Source: a virus. Taken from it: DNA of 42,832 bases. The notes below the pieces were generated by a model, which saw only the letters and a program-made list of their open reading frames with translations, ran no database searches and was not told where the DNA came from. A program made the translations under genes and the position numbers. Location: positions 1 through 42,832 of IMG/VR virus record IMGVR_UViG_3300045988_147372. The stretch is one strand, 5' to 3'. Positions 31,875 through 39,779 of the stretch are shown here, piece after piece; positions within the stretch are counted from its first letter, which is position 1; each line of letters starts with the position of its first letter.

Positions 31875-32747
31875 CTATTCGATAAGGTCGTAAAGGCTGA
31901 TGATCTGTGTCAGGTGCTTCGTTGCCCGGCAATAATCGCAGTGTTCGCACCGCTTAGGTTCTTCCTCACCGTTCTTGACGGCTTCGATATGCGGCTGGAG
32001 TTCTTTGACCCGTTCCAGCCAGTAGTCCAAGAGGTCTTGCGGTATTGAAACGGGAGCCTTATCTGGTGGATCTTGCTTCGAAACTGCGATAATCACCGGC
32101 ACCGCCTGCACCCCGTACTGCTGTCGGACTAGCTCTTGGTAAACGGCCATCTGGAGTGAATAGTTATAAGCTTCAATAAATGATCCGTAACGACGTTCAT
32201 CAGGCAAATAGAAGCGCTTGTAGATGTCTTGTGTCGTTTTCAGATCAGCAAAGTATTTGTGATTTGTTGGAAGACAATCAAGTTTGCCTTTCCATGCGAT
32301 TCCACCGATCTTGCCAGTGACAATCACTTCTTTATCTCCTTGATAGAACTCTTGGAACTTGGGATCGTTTTTTAGAGTTGCAATCATTGCATCAGCAACC
32401 TGATACTCTTTCTTTGGGTGGCCTTTGTTCTTACCGCTTGTCGCAATGATTTCAGGATGCTCATTAATAAATTCCCGATGCGCTTCCTGGCTCTCGAAGT
32501 AACTGTGAAGGTAGTTGCCAACCAGCAAGGCTTTTGGATCACCTCGCTCGGTCCAATCACCTTTCAGTTCAGCCAACGCTTCGGCCTCGCAAGCCATGAA
32601 CTTTTTGAACCAAGTAGGTGATTGATATTGCCAGTCTTGATCGGCTGAATAATAGTTCTCATTCGTTAGCGGCTTGGTCGAAGATACTGGTTTCTTCAGG
32701 CTGTTCAGGTTCTGATTTATCTTCTGGTCTTTGGTCTTGATCGTCAT
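31875..32747 (-). CDS. PD-(D/E)XK (Cas4/RecB-like) exonuclease with C-terminal Cys cluster
   Basis: GKLDCL...ADLKTTQD (D...D/E-x-K) and C-terminal CEHCDYC. Sits next to RecT. RBS AGGAGGTGA. Confidence 0.6.
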   Translation of the reverse strand: MTIKTKDQKINQNLNSLKKPVSSTKPLTNENYYSADQDWQYQSPTWFKKFMACEAEALAELKGDWTERGDPKALLVGNYLHSYFESQEAHREFINEHPEIIATSGKNKGHPKKEYQVADAMIATLKNDPKFQEFYQGDKEVIVTGKIGGIAWKGKLDCLPTNHKYFADLKTTQDIYKRFYLPDERRYGSFIEAYNYSLQMAVYQELVRQQYGVQAVPVIIAVSKQDPPDKAPVSIPQDLLDYWLERVKELQPHIEAVKNGEEEPKRCEHCDYCRATKHLTQIISLYDLIE

Positions 32748-33543
32748 GACCGTTCACCTCCTGCTTTGGCTTATCGTCAGGGACGCTAGATTCCTTGCCC
32801 ATCAGATCTGCGAAGCTTGGAGTAACATCTTTGGGCGCGTCATTGTCGAATTCTTGGGCAGCCGTCCGATTGACAGATTCAATCATCAGATCGTTATCGC
32901 CGCTCGTATTGATGACGAACTTTGCTGCGCGATTAAGCACCGTCCGCTTTGCCATTTCTTGCGGGAACTCGTTTTGAACTTGTCCTTTGTTCCTTCGGTG
33001 AGACCATGACTGGTCAATTTCTGCTTTAGTCATCACCGTGTATTCTTTGTGGCCATCATCAAAATCGATGACAGCAAACGCACCAATAATCGGTTTATCT
33101 TGATTAGCAAAGCTAGGCGTGAATTTAGTCACGATCGTTCGTCCATCTTCGTCAGAACCGATCTCGAATTCATCGTCCTGATGAACAACGTTGGCATATG
33201 GTTTTCCTTTCACCTCGGGCTGACGTTCAACAATCGCAACGGCACCAAAATATGATCGTGACCAATCAAGTTGCTGTCCATATTGAATGAAGTATCCTTG
33301 ATTCTTTGCTGGTGAAAGTCCCTGGATCACCATATCCTGCAATGCTCGAACAACAGAAACCTTGGTTATCTGGCCGTTTTCCATCTTGTCTAGATAAGAT
33401 GGGCCCTTGGAACGATCAGCCAGCATGAGATAAGCCGCGTTCAGAGCATTTCCGGCAGAATAGTTTGGAGGTAAGGCCAAGCCATTCTGATTCCGCATTT
33501 CCTGAATCGTTCCATCGACATAGTTAATAATTTCGTTTGCCAT
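32659..33543 (-). CDS. recT: RecT-family single-strand annealing protein
   Basis: ATG behind AGGAGGTGA. NQNGLALPPNYSAGNALNAAYLML is a typical RecT N-terminus. Confidence 0.75.
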   Translation of the reverse strand: MANEIINYVDGTIQEMRNQNGLALPPNYSAGNALNAAYLMLADRSKGPSYLDKMENGQITKVSVVRALQDMVIQGLSPAKNQGYFIQYGQQLDWSRSYFGAVAIVERQPEVKGKPYANVVHQDDEFEIGSDEDGRTIVTKFTPSFANQDKPIIGAFAVIDFDDGHKEYTVMTKAEIDQSWSHRRNKGQVQNEFPQEMAKRTVLNRAAKFVINTSGDNDLMIESVNRTAAQEFDNDAPKDVTPSFADLMGKESSVPDDKPKQEVNGHDDQDQRPEDKSEPEQPEETSIFDQAANE

Positions 33544-33555
33544 GTTTTTCACCTC

Positions 33556-33969
33556 CTATTTCCATTCCCGAAATCCTTGTTTTTCTATGAAATCGATGAC
33601 TTCTAAGCCGTGATCACCGAAGAAAATCTCAACCAGTTCTGCTTTTGGATACGTAGAACTAGCAGCGTCTTTTAAGAATCGCTCAGGGCCGTGAATGTTG
33701 ATCCAATCTTTCAAGTATTCCTTCGCCTTGTCTTTGTTAAAGGCCCCCTCATAACGCGATGTAGCACAGCTTTGATAGAACCAGGGTTTCTTTGTATCAA
33801 CTTCATATTCATCGGCGGTGGCCAAGAACTCCTCCGCTTGTTCGATATCCATATCTTTGGGCAAGACGGTACCGTGATAGGATTCCCAATCAGCGATGGC
33901 TTTATCTTCAAGTGCTTCTCGTCGTTGATACTCGTTCAGGACTGCTGTGTTGTAATCAAGCATGGTCAT
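33556..33969 (-). CDS. Hypothetical early protein
   Basis: Start moved to MTMLDYNTAV behind GGAAGGCGG. 137 aa. Confidence 0.45.
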   Translation of the reverse strand: MTMLDYNTAVLNEYQRREALEDKAIADWESYHGTVLPKDMDIEQAEEFLATADEYEVDTKKPWFYQSCATSRYEGAFNKDKAKEYLKDWINIHGPERFLKDAASSTYPKAELVEIFFGDHGLEVIDFIEKQGFREWK

Positions 33970-34183
33970 CAACCGCCTTCCGTGATAAACTTGAAATATA
34001 ATTGAATGTGCTAAATTCTTGATTTCCCGTAGCTCCAACTACGGGATTTTTTTGTGCGCATTTGTTGAGCATCCGTTGACTAAGCTCGAACATCCAAAGC
34101 CAACCGCTATCTCCATGGCCCTTGTAAATCACGTTCTCGGCTTGATCATGAATGTCTTGCCAATATGCCTTCGTATCACGCAT
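33956..34183 (-). CDS. Hypothetical early protein (75 aa)
   Basis: MRDTKAYWQDIHDQAENVIYKGHGD... behind AGGAGGAAG. This is the credible 3' part of the 152-aa track ORF. Confidence 0.45.
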   Translation of the reverse strand: MRDTKAYWQDIHDQAENVIYKGHGDSGWLWMFELSQRMLNKCAQKNPVVGATGNQEFSTFNYISSLSRKAVDDHA

Positions 34184-34194
34184 AGTTCTTCCTC

Positions 34195-34323
34195 CTATCG
34201 AATCCATTGCTTTCCGCCCCCTACCGCTGTGGCGCCAACCATGATACCGGCTAATGCTACAAGCAGATATTTCCAAAAAGCTGATGTTGGGTCGAACAGC
34301 ACTGACATGATTGCTTCTAGCAT
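34195..34323 (-). CDS. 42-aa hydrophobic peptide
   Basis: MLEAIMSVLFDPTSAFWKYLLVALAGIMVGATAVGGGKQWIR behind AGGAGG. Below the ORF-track cutoff. Confidence 0.4.
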   Translation of the reverse strand: MLEAIMSVLFDPTSAFWKYLLVALAGIMVGATAVGGGKQWIR

Positions 34324-34334
34324 TGTTAGGCCTC

Positions 34335-34556
34335 CTATTGTCGTGCAAACCAACGCTCCATCTTCTCAGGATCAACTCGCTGTGTTTTACCTGGTCCAAC
34401 GAATGGAGCGCCACGCTTCTTCCAACGGCTCACTGTCGCAGCAGAGACATGATAGTGTGCCATGACATCTTTTGGTGTCCAATAGACTGTTGGCTTAAAG
34501 GGCTTGCGTTTCCTTTGCGGCTTACTGGGATCGATCAGTGTGAATCCTTGTTCCAT
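34335..34556 (-). CDS. Small HTH DNA-binding protein (excisionase-like)
   Basis: WTPKDVMAHYHVSAATVSRWKKRGAPF has the pattern of Xis/AlpA/MerR-type phage HTH proteins. Confidence 0.5.
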   Translation of the reverse strand: MEQGFTLIDPSKPQRKRKPFKPTVYWTPKDVMAHYHVSAATVSRWKKRGAPFVGPGKTQRVDPEKMERWFARQ

Positions 34557-35083
34557 GCCTGCTCATCCTTCCTCATATAATGAAGTTTCTGGTAATGTGG
34601 GAGCCTTTCACTGAAAAGATCCATGATTGAGATGTCTAGCATTTCGCAAATAGCATTCAATTCGGTTAGATCTGCGACTGTGCTGTCCAGTTTCTCGAAT
34701 GCGTATGCTTTCAAGTTTTTAGCGTCATCGCGTGTAAAGCTGGGATCGTTAGCGAGGCCCTCAATGTCGTGCTTGATGAAAGCAGCCTTCTCTTCGTCTT
34801 CTTCTCGTTTATCGGTGAATAAAAGCCCCCGTAGATCGTGGTATATTCCATCACCGCTAAACAGCTTTGGAATTCCTAGAAATAAGTTAGCCATTTCATA
34901 ACTTAGTTCGCTGTCATTCATCGAATTGGCAATGTCAGTAGCCTCATTTGCTCTAATGGGAGTTCCATGAAAATAGTTGTTGATCGTTGAGCGCCCTAAT
35001 TTTGCTGCATAAGCGATCACCTTCTGGGGCGTGTTGGTTCTATTAGCGAACCTATTCAAAGGGCTACTAATTGTTGCTTTCAT
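34535..35083 (-). CDS. Hypothetical early regulator-like protein
   Basis: Start moved to MKATISSPLNRF behind AAGGAAGTGG. Possible HTH QKVIAYAAKLGRSTINNYFHG. Confidence 0.45.
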   Translation of the reverse strand: MKATISSPLNRFANRTNTPQKVIAYAAKLGRSTINNYFHGTPIRANEATDIANSMNDSELSYEMANLFLGIPKLFSGDGIYHDLRGLLFTDKREEDEEKAAFIKHDIEGLANDPSFTRDDAKNLKAYAFEKLDSTVADLTELNAICEMLDISIMDLFSERLPHYQKLHYMRKDEQAWNKDSH

Positions 35084-35148
35084 ACGTTCCACTTCCTTTA
35101 AAAGATGAAATATTGGTGGATACTGATTCATGCCATACAACGCTATGA

Positions 35149-35307
35149 TTAACCCATAGCAAGTTGATCAGAGACGTTGCGTTTGACCTCCCGGCGATCT
35201 AGTTCAATGATTTGCATCAAGGTATCGTCATCGAATGCCGTCCAATAGGACGCGGTGTGTTCCGGATGATCGGTAGTCAAATCCTTAATCATGTCCTTGC
35301 GATCCAT
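35149..35307 (-). CDS. 52-aa hypothetical protein
   Basis: MDRKDMIKDLTTDHPEHTASYW... behind GGAGGTGA. Confidence 0.4.
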   Translation of the reverse strand: MDRKDMIKDLTTDHPEHTASYWTAFDDDTLMQIIELDRREVKRNVSDQLAMG

Positions 35308-35350
35308 GTGACTCACCTCCTTAACTTGAAAACTGAATATTGTGTGATTG

Positions 35351-35386
35351 CCTCCCTCCGAGTGCGATAATTGCATCGAAGGGAGG
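35351..35386. promoter_or_regulatory. Hairpin whose 3' arm is the RBS of the plus-strand ORF 35395..35592
   Basis: CCTCCCTCCGA (35351..35361) pairs with TCGAAGGGAGG (35376..35386) at 10 of 11 positions, with a 14-nt loop. Confidence 0.45.
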
Positions 35387-35394
35387 TGAAACAC

Positions 35395-35592
35395 TTGGCC
35401 TATAATTCATCTATTGCAGATACGATCAATTCCTTTATTCAAAGCGAATCATCCAAGCCTGGCAGCTCGATTCGGTTTGAATACGACAAGGTTAAAGATG
35501 TAATTGATACTGTCGATGTTCTGAACATTCAACATCCAAATTGGAATCTAAGAGTTGATCAATACTATGATGGCGTTCACGTCAGCCGTTAG
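35395..35592 (+). CDS. 65-aa hypothetical protein on the opposite strand within the early region
   Basis: TTG start 6 nt after GGGAGGTG. Converges on and overlaps the 3' end of 35582..35815 by 11 nt. Confidence 0.35.
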   Translation: MAYNSSIADTINSFIQSESSKPGSSIRFEYDKVKDVIDTVDVLNIQHPNWNLRVDQYYDGVHVSR

Positions 35593-35815
35593 TTTCCTTT
35601 TCCAGCTTTACTAAAGCATTTACATCAAGGTGCAACTGACCGAGGTCAGCATGGATAATTAGTTCAGGTTTTTCGCCTGCCTCCATGGAGATCTCGATTT
35701 TTTTAACTCCTGTGGGTAACTTATGGCCATCGATCAGGATGTCGTAGTAAGCACTTATAAGCAGCGGATCATTAGCTCTCAGATATTTCTGCTTTGGCTT
35801 AATTGATAGCTTCAT
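35582..35815 (-). CDS. Hypothetical early protein
   Basis: 77 aa with a 4-nt overlap to the Cro-like gene. Confidence 0.5.
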   Translation of the reverse strand: MKLSIKPKQKYLRANDPLLISAYYDILIDGHKLPTGVKKIEISMEAGEKPELIIHADLGQLHLDVNALVKLEKETNG

Positions 35816-36039
35816 TTGACTGCCTCCTGGTTTGGCGACGTTTTGTAGCTAAACGCTGCAAAAAAAATTTCTTCCTTGGGCGCTCCCAAAATATCTTCAA
35901 TATGTTGCATTGCTGCTGGTTTTGGATTTCGATAACCTCGTTCCCATGCATTAACAGTTTTGGGTGAGACGCCCAGCATTTCTGCAAATGAATCGGAAGA
36001 AATATTCTTTTGTTCCCTTAATTGCTTAAGCTTATTCAA
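35812..36039 (-). CDS. Cro-like XRE-family HTH regulator
   Basis: NKLKQLREQKNISSDSFAEMLGVSPKTVNAWERG. The TTG at 36039 has proper spacing from GGGGGTGA; the GTG at 36048 has none. Divergent from the repressor gene. Confidence 0.75.
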   Translation of the reverse strand: MNKLKQLREQKNISSDSFAEMLGVSPKTVNAWERGYRNPKPAAMQHIEDILGAPKEEIFFAAFSYKTSPNQEAVK

Positions 36040-36082
36040 AGTAATCACCCCCTGCTACGTTTCGTAGCCTTTCGATATTCTT

Positions 36083-36111
36083 AATATAAAACTACAAAAC
36101 GTATCTGTCAA
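36083..36111 (-). promoter_or_regulatory. Lytic (Cro-side) promoter
   Basis: Minus strand TTGACA (36111..36106) -17 nt- TATATT (36088..36083). Operator 2 lies in the spacer. Confidence 0.65.
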
Positions 36112-36118
36112 TATAAAT

Positions 36119-36127
36119 TGCTACAAT
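36119..36127 (+). promoter_or_regulatory. Candidate repressor promoter (extended -10 TGcTACAAT)
   Basis: TGCTACAAT with no good -35 box. Overlapped by operator 3. Confidence 0.4.
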
Positions 36128-36185
36128 TTGTGCGTGTCAATTTTTTGCTACTTTTTGTAGCATTTAGTCCATAGGAGGTTACACT

Positions 36186-36614
36186 ATGTTCGGACAACGA
36201 CTACATGATTTGCGAACTGAAAATGGCTACACCCAAGAAACTTTGGGTGAAAAGCTTGGCGTATCTCCTAAGACGATCGGTACTTGGGAGCGTGGCACGA
36301 GAGAGCCACCGATGAAGGCTATTGATAGACTCGCAAAACTTTTCGATGTTTCTGCTGACTACCTAATGGGTCGCTCTGATAAACGACACTACTACTCACT
36401 GAGTGAGAGAGATAATCAACGCATCGATGAGAAGATTAAAGATATTTTAGACGGATTGGATCCAGAAGGCCCCGATTTCTTCAAACAGAATGCTGAACTG
36501 AGTGACGAGGATAAGCACTTGCTTGCTGTGTCACTGCGTCAATCATATGCGCTTGCTCAAGAACTCGCCAAAAAGAAGTACACACCGAAGAAATACCGTG
36601 GATCCGAGAAGTGA
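36186..36614 (+). CDS. CI-like XRE-family repressor
   Basis: HTH YTQETLGEKLGVSPKTIGTWERG. RBS GGAGGT. Followed by the ImmA-like gene. Confidence 0.8.
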   Translation: MFGQRLHDLRTENGYTQETLGEKLGVSPKTIGTWERGTREPPMKAIDRLAKLFDVSADYLMGRSDKRHYYSLSERDNQRIDEKIKDILDGLDPEGPDFFKQNAELSDEDKHLLAVSLRQSYALAQELAKKKYTPKKYRGSEK

Positions 36615-36623
36615 GGTGCGTGC

Positions 36624-37085
36624 ATGGGATACGATGCAGACTGCGCGATCGAAAAAGCAAATGTGATTTTGCGCAATTATAATACCCGCGATCCTTGGAT
36701 AGTCGGTCGCTATCTGCCTAATGTCACGGTGGTCCCAAGTGATCTTGGGCAAAACATTCTAGGCTATACCATCACTGATCGGAGATTTTCAATTATCAAC
36801 ATTAACACACGGACCGATGAAGTCGTCTCAAGGAGCGTCCTAGCACATGAACTTGGCCATGCACTTCTAACACGAAATACCGGTGCCAATTATTTCTATC
36901 GAAATGCGCGTGTTGCTGCTATTGGGTCAGCCGAATATATAGCAAACTGTTTTATGTTCGAGTTTCTATTTGGCAATCGCGGCTTAATTAATCCAATGCA
37001 TTATGATCAAATTCTCGATGAATACGAGCTACCGAAGTGGATGGCTAGGTACTTTGAATTGATAGACCAACAGACATTAAATTAG
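36624..37085 (+). CDS. ImmA/IrrE-family zinc metallopeptidase
   Basis: HEXXH motif LAHELGHALL. Position immediately after the repressor gene. Confidence 0.75.
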   Translation: MGYDADCAIEKANVILRNYNTRDPWIVGRYLPNVTVVPSDLGQNILGYTITDRRFSIININTRTDEVVSRSVLAHELGHALLTRNTGANYFYRNARVAAIGSAEYIANCFMFEFLFGNRGLINPMHYDQILDEYELPKWMARYFELIDQQTLN

Positions 37086-37145
37086 TTTATAAGTAGTCCA
37101 GATACGGAAGACGGTAAAAGCTGAACAACGAGGAGAACTATCGTA

Positions 37146-37655
37146 ATGATTTTACTATTGGTTTTGCTTATAGTCTTTGGCTTGGTGTTCAAAGGCACTG
37201 CAAAGATCAGCAAGATTTTTATGCCTATTTTGATCGGCGCAATGCTTGTTATCGGGATTGAAAACTGGTTAAAAGAAATGGCAAAGATTCTCTTCCCGAT
37301 ATTATATGTAGCCGGTATTTTAGCTCTGATTGTGGGAACCGTTTTCGGAGTTATTTTCCTTATCAAACGGTCACCGTCTGATAAGTTAATGATCTGGCTC
37401 TGTGGATTGCCTTTAGTAACAGCATTGGCAATCACCGCCATTCCAAAAGGAGACGGTGTTTATCCGTTACTGACTTTCTTGGTCTTTATGTTCTCTGGAA
37501 TTTGGGTCGATTCAATACTCATGCTGGCAAAGAATCGAGCAGGCCAAAAGCTTGCCACTACCCATTGGCTACGCGTGGCAACGGCCGGTCCACAACTGGT
37601 GGTAGTTGCTAGCGTTGTTGGATGGGCTTTTGTTAGAGCAATGACATTTTCGTAA
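37146..37655 (+). CDS. Polytopic membrane protein (superinfection-exclusion candidate)
   Basis: 169 aa with about five hydrophobic helices. Sits in the lysogeny-side operon. Confidence 0.55.
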   Translation: MILLLVLLIVFGLVFKGTAKISKIFMPILIGAMLVIGIENWLKEMAKILFPILYVAGILALIVGTVFGVIFLIKRSPSDKLMIWLCGLPLVTALAITAIPKGDGVYPLLTFLVFMFSGIWVDSILMLAKNRAGQKLATTHWLRVATAGPQLVVVASVVGWAFVRAMTFS

Positions 37656-37696
37656 AATTTTCTTAGTCGACAGAGAAAAATGTCTTTCATAGGCAC

Positions 37697-37721
37697 AAAA
37701 ATAGCCCCGGTGGCGAGGGCT
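37697..37721 (-). terminator. Minus-strand-only intrinsic terminator inside the plus-strand lysogeny operon
   Basis: Minus strand: AGCCCUCGCCACCGGGGCU, then AUUUUUGUG. On the plus strand the hairpin is followed by GAGGAGG, with no U-run. Confidence 0.45.
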
Positions 37722-37734
37722 GAGGAGGTGGAAC

Positions 37735-38628
37735 ATGAAAACTGATAGTCACCGTAAGAGCTACACAAATGGTGCAAGTAGTCTAATGCTCCCTGCGCTG
37801 TTATATCAGAAAGGCATAGAGAATATGGCTGAAGGGATTAGCTCAAGCATTAAAGGCGCACTTGATATGGATCAAGCTGCTTTGAGCGGATACACAATGC
37901 TAAAGTCTATGTCTGAGTTTCTTACACCCACAATTGAAGGAATTACGCATCTATACCCTAACATTGACCTGATGAAGAGAACCGCTGATATTATGCCGAC
38001 ATCAGCAATAGTATCGCGGTCCTTTGCTAATCTCTTAAAAACATTAGGAGACAACGCTGATGTTGCTTCTAGGCTTCAGCTAAAAGCTACAAAAAGCCTT
38101 GATTGGATACGAATAAGCATGGCTGTCGGACAAATTGATTTTCGAACGTCAGCATTAATACAAAGCTTTTCAGAGGCGCTCAATAGTAATATGGAAATTG
38201 AGACTCCCCTCACAAGATCTTCAGAAGAAGCATACTCGAAAAAGGCTTCACTCGAAAATTCGTCCCATACTCCCAATAAATCTATACGTATAACGGCGAG
38301 TGCAAGGGATAATGAGAATGGCAATATCAATCGTCATCACAATAACAAGCCCTCCACGCATCGAAAATACACCTTTGTAAATACCGAGTTTGCCGAGAAG
38401 CCAGGCCAGACCCAACAACCAGCCCGTAGTAATACCAATCAAGCAGTTGGAAGCATAGATGAACTTTATAATATGCACAACATAACGCCTTCCTTTTTAT
38501 TTTTATCTTTTATACCCGGAATTTTAGAATATTTGAGCTATTTTGGCATTGACCCCGCATATATTAACAAAGTGTTTACCGGAATTATTAAGTACATTGG
38601 AGATCACTTCAATGAATTTGTGAGATAG
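37735..38628 (+). CDS. Hypothetical 297-aa protein with C-terminal hydrophobic segment
   Basis: RBS GAGGAGGTG. Helical N-terminal half, low-complexity N/S/T/H-rich linker, then ITPSFLFLSFIPGILEYLSYFGI. Confidence 0.55.
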   Translation: MKTDSHRKSYTNGASSLMLPALLYQKGIENMAEGISSSIKGALDMDQAALSGYTMLKSMSEFLTPTIEGITHLYPNIDLMKRTADIMPTSAIVSRSFANLLKTLGDNADVASRLQLKATKSLDWIRISMAVGQIDFRTSALIQSFSEALNSNMEIETPLTRSSEEAYSKKASLENSSHTPNKSIRITASARDNENGNINRHHNNKPSTHRKYTFVNTEFAEKPGQTQQPARSNTNQAVGSIDELYNMHNITPSFLFLSFIPGILEYLSYFGIDPAYINKVFTGIIKYIGDHFNEFVR

Positions 38629-38674
38629 TCTCACTTAATTATAGTAAAGGTGAATTTAGTTCACCTTTGATAAC

Positions 38675-38711
38675 TTGTTTCTAAAAACCAGCAATTTGCA
38701 ATTTAAAACAA
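38675..38711. promoter_or_regulatory. 37-bp imperfect palindrome upstream of bioY (possible operator)
   Basis: TTGTTTCTAAA ... TTTAAAACAA. Half-sites are loosely reminiscent of BirA-type TTGT(T/A)AAC operators. Confidence 0.3.
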
Positions 38712-38733
38712 TGTCTAATTTTAGGAGGATGTT

Positions 38734-39267
38734 TTGACAACTAATAAAGTACATAATTTGAGTCTCTCAGCATTGATGTTAGCAGTATTGATCGTTTGCT
38801 CGCAGCTAACCATTCCGCTTCCCATCGTTCCAATCACGCTTCAAACATTAGCAGTAGGCATTATTGCTACCGTGTTGTCCCCAAGCTATTCAGTTTTAGT
38901 CGTATCAGCATATATCATTCTAGGCGCCATTGGTTTACCCGTCTTTGCTGGCCTTTCCGGCGGAGCACCTGTATTAGCAGGACCAACTGGGGGTTATATA
39001 TGGGGCTTTATAGTTTATGCACTTATAACTTCTCTGCTGTTAAAAGTAACCGATAAATCGGCATTTGCCGTGTTGCTTATGAATGGAATTGGGGCGATTG
39101 TCCAACTGTTCCTTGGAACGCTTTGGATTCAATTGTTCATACATGCCTCAATTTTAAAAGCCTTTTCAATTGGCTTCTTCCCGTTCCTTATTCCCCTAAT
39201 CATAAAAGTGATACTTGTAACGGCAGTATATGAAGGTCTGAAAAAGGCGATTGTTTCGTTCGCTTGA
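38734..39267 (+). CDS. bioY: BioY biotin transporter (ECF S-component)
   Basis: TTG start behind AGGAGGA. Hallmarks PITLQTLAVG and GLPVFAGLSGG...LAGPTGGYIWGF. About six TM helices. Confidence 0.8.
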   Translation: MTTNKVHNLSLSALMLAVLIVCSQLTIPLPIVPITLQTLAVGIIATVLSPSYSVLVVSAYIILGAIGLPVFAGLSGGAPVLAGPTGGYIWGFIVYALITSLLLKVTDKSAFAVLLMNGIGAIVQLFLGTLWIQLFIHASILKAFSIGFFPFLIPLIIKVILVTAVYEGLKKAIVSFA

Positions 39268-39330
39268 CGCCTAGAGCTAACAGCTCTTATTTGAGCCACC
39301 AAATTAATAGTTAAGACAGGAGTCTTACTT

Positions 39331-39756
39331 ATGGCAAATCCAACGATCAGGCAGGCCGACATATTGTTACGAGAGTGTACCGTTATGCAGGTAGCTACGC
39401 TCGATACCGATACCGGTTTCCCTAATATAGTTTCACTGACACCACTTAAATCACACCGATCGCTTAAAGAAATTCTTTTTTACACTGATCGCGACACTAG
39501 CACCATTCACAACGTCCTAGAAAAGCCTGTGATAGCTGTTTACTGTTTCAATGAGCTACATCACTCGTCGTTGTTATTACGTGCAAAAGCAGTTGTACTG
39601 ACTGCTGAGGAGGTCTTACCAAACTTTACAGAGAACCTCAATACTTTTCAAAAATCGTTACAGTATGATCGACCCGTCATCATTCGTTGCACCCCACTAA
39701 CCGTCAAGATTAGATACAACAATGACATCGAGTTCAGCAAGCTTAACGAAATCTAA
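39331..39756 (+). CDS. Pyridoxamine 5'-phosphate oxidase-like (FMN-binding split-barrel) family protein
   Basis: The pattern CTVMQVATLDTDTGFPNIVSL...PVIAVYCF...LLLRAKAVVL resembles general-stress-protein-26/PNPOx-like proteins. Unverified. Confidence 0.45.
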   Translation: MANPTIRQADILLRECTVMQVATLDTDTGFPNIVSLTPLKSHRSLKEILFYTDRDTSTIHNVLEKPVIAVYCFNELHHSSLLLRAKAVVLTAEEVLPNFTENLNTFQKSLQYDRPVIIRCTPLTVKIRYNNDIEFSKLNEI

Positions 39757-39779
39757 GCTCAGTTCTTGGAGATGCACTT

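Larger units (their letters stand above)
36054..36161. promoter_or_regulatory. Genetic switch: four CTAC-N5-GTAG-type operator sites
   Basis: GCTACGTTTCGTAGC (36054..36068, perfect palindrome), ACTACAAAACGTATC (36091..36105), GCTACAATTTGTGCG (36120..36134), GCTACTTTTTGTAGC (36147..36161, perfect palindrome). Confidence 0.65.

Noticed and set aside
33956-34414. 152-aa track ORF spanning the early region
   Set aside because: The long form has no RBS and overlaps two better-supported small ORFs. Only the 3' 75 codons, behind AGGAGGAAG, are kept.
37082-37441. 119-aa minus-strand ORF opposite the membrane-protein gene
   Set aside because: It is the antisense of a hydrophobic-helix gene and mirrors its I/L/K-rich composition. 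It has no RBS, whereas the plus-strand gene fits the operon.
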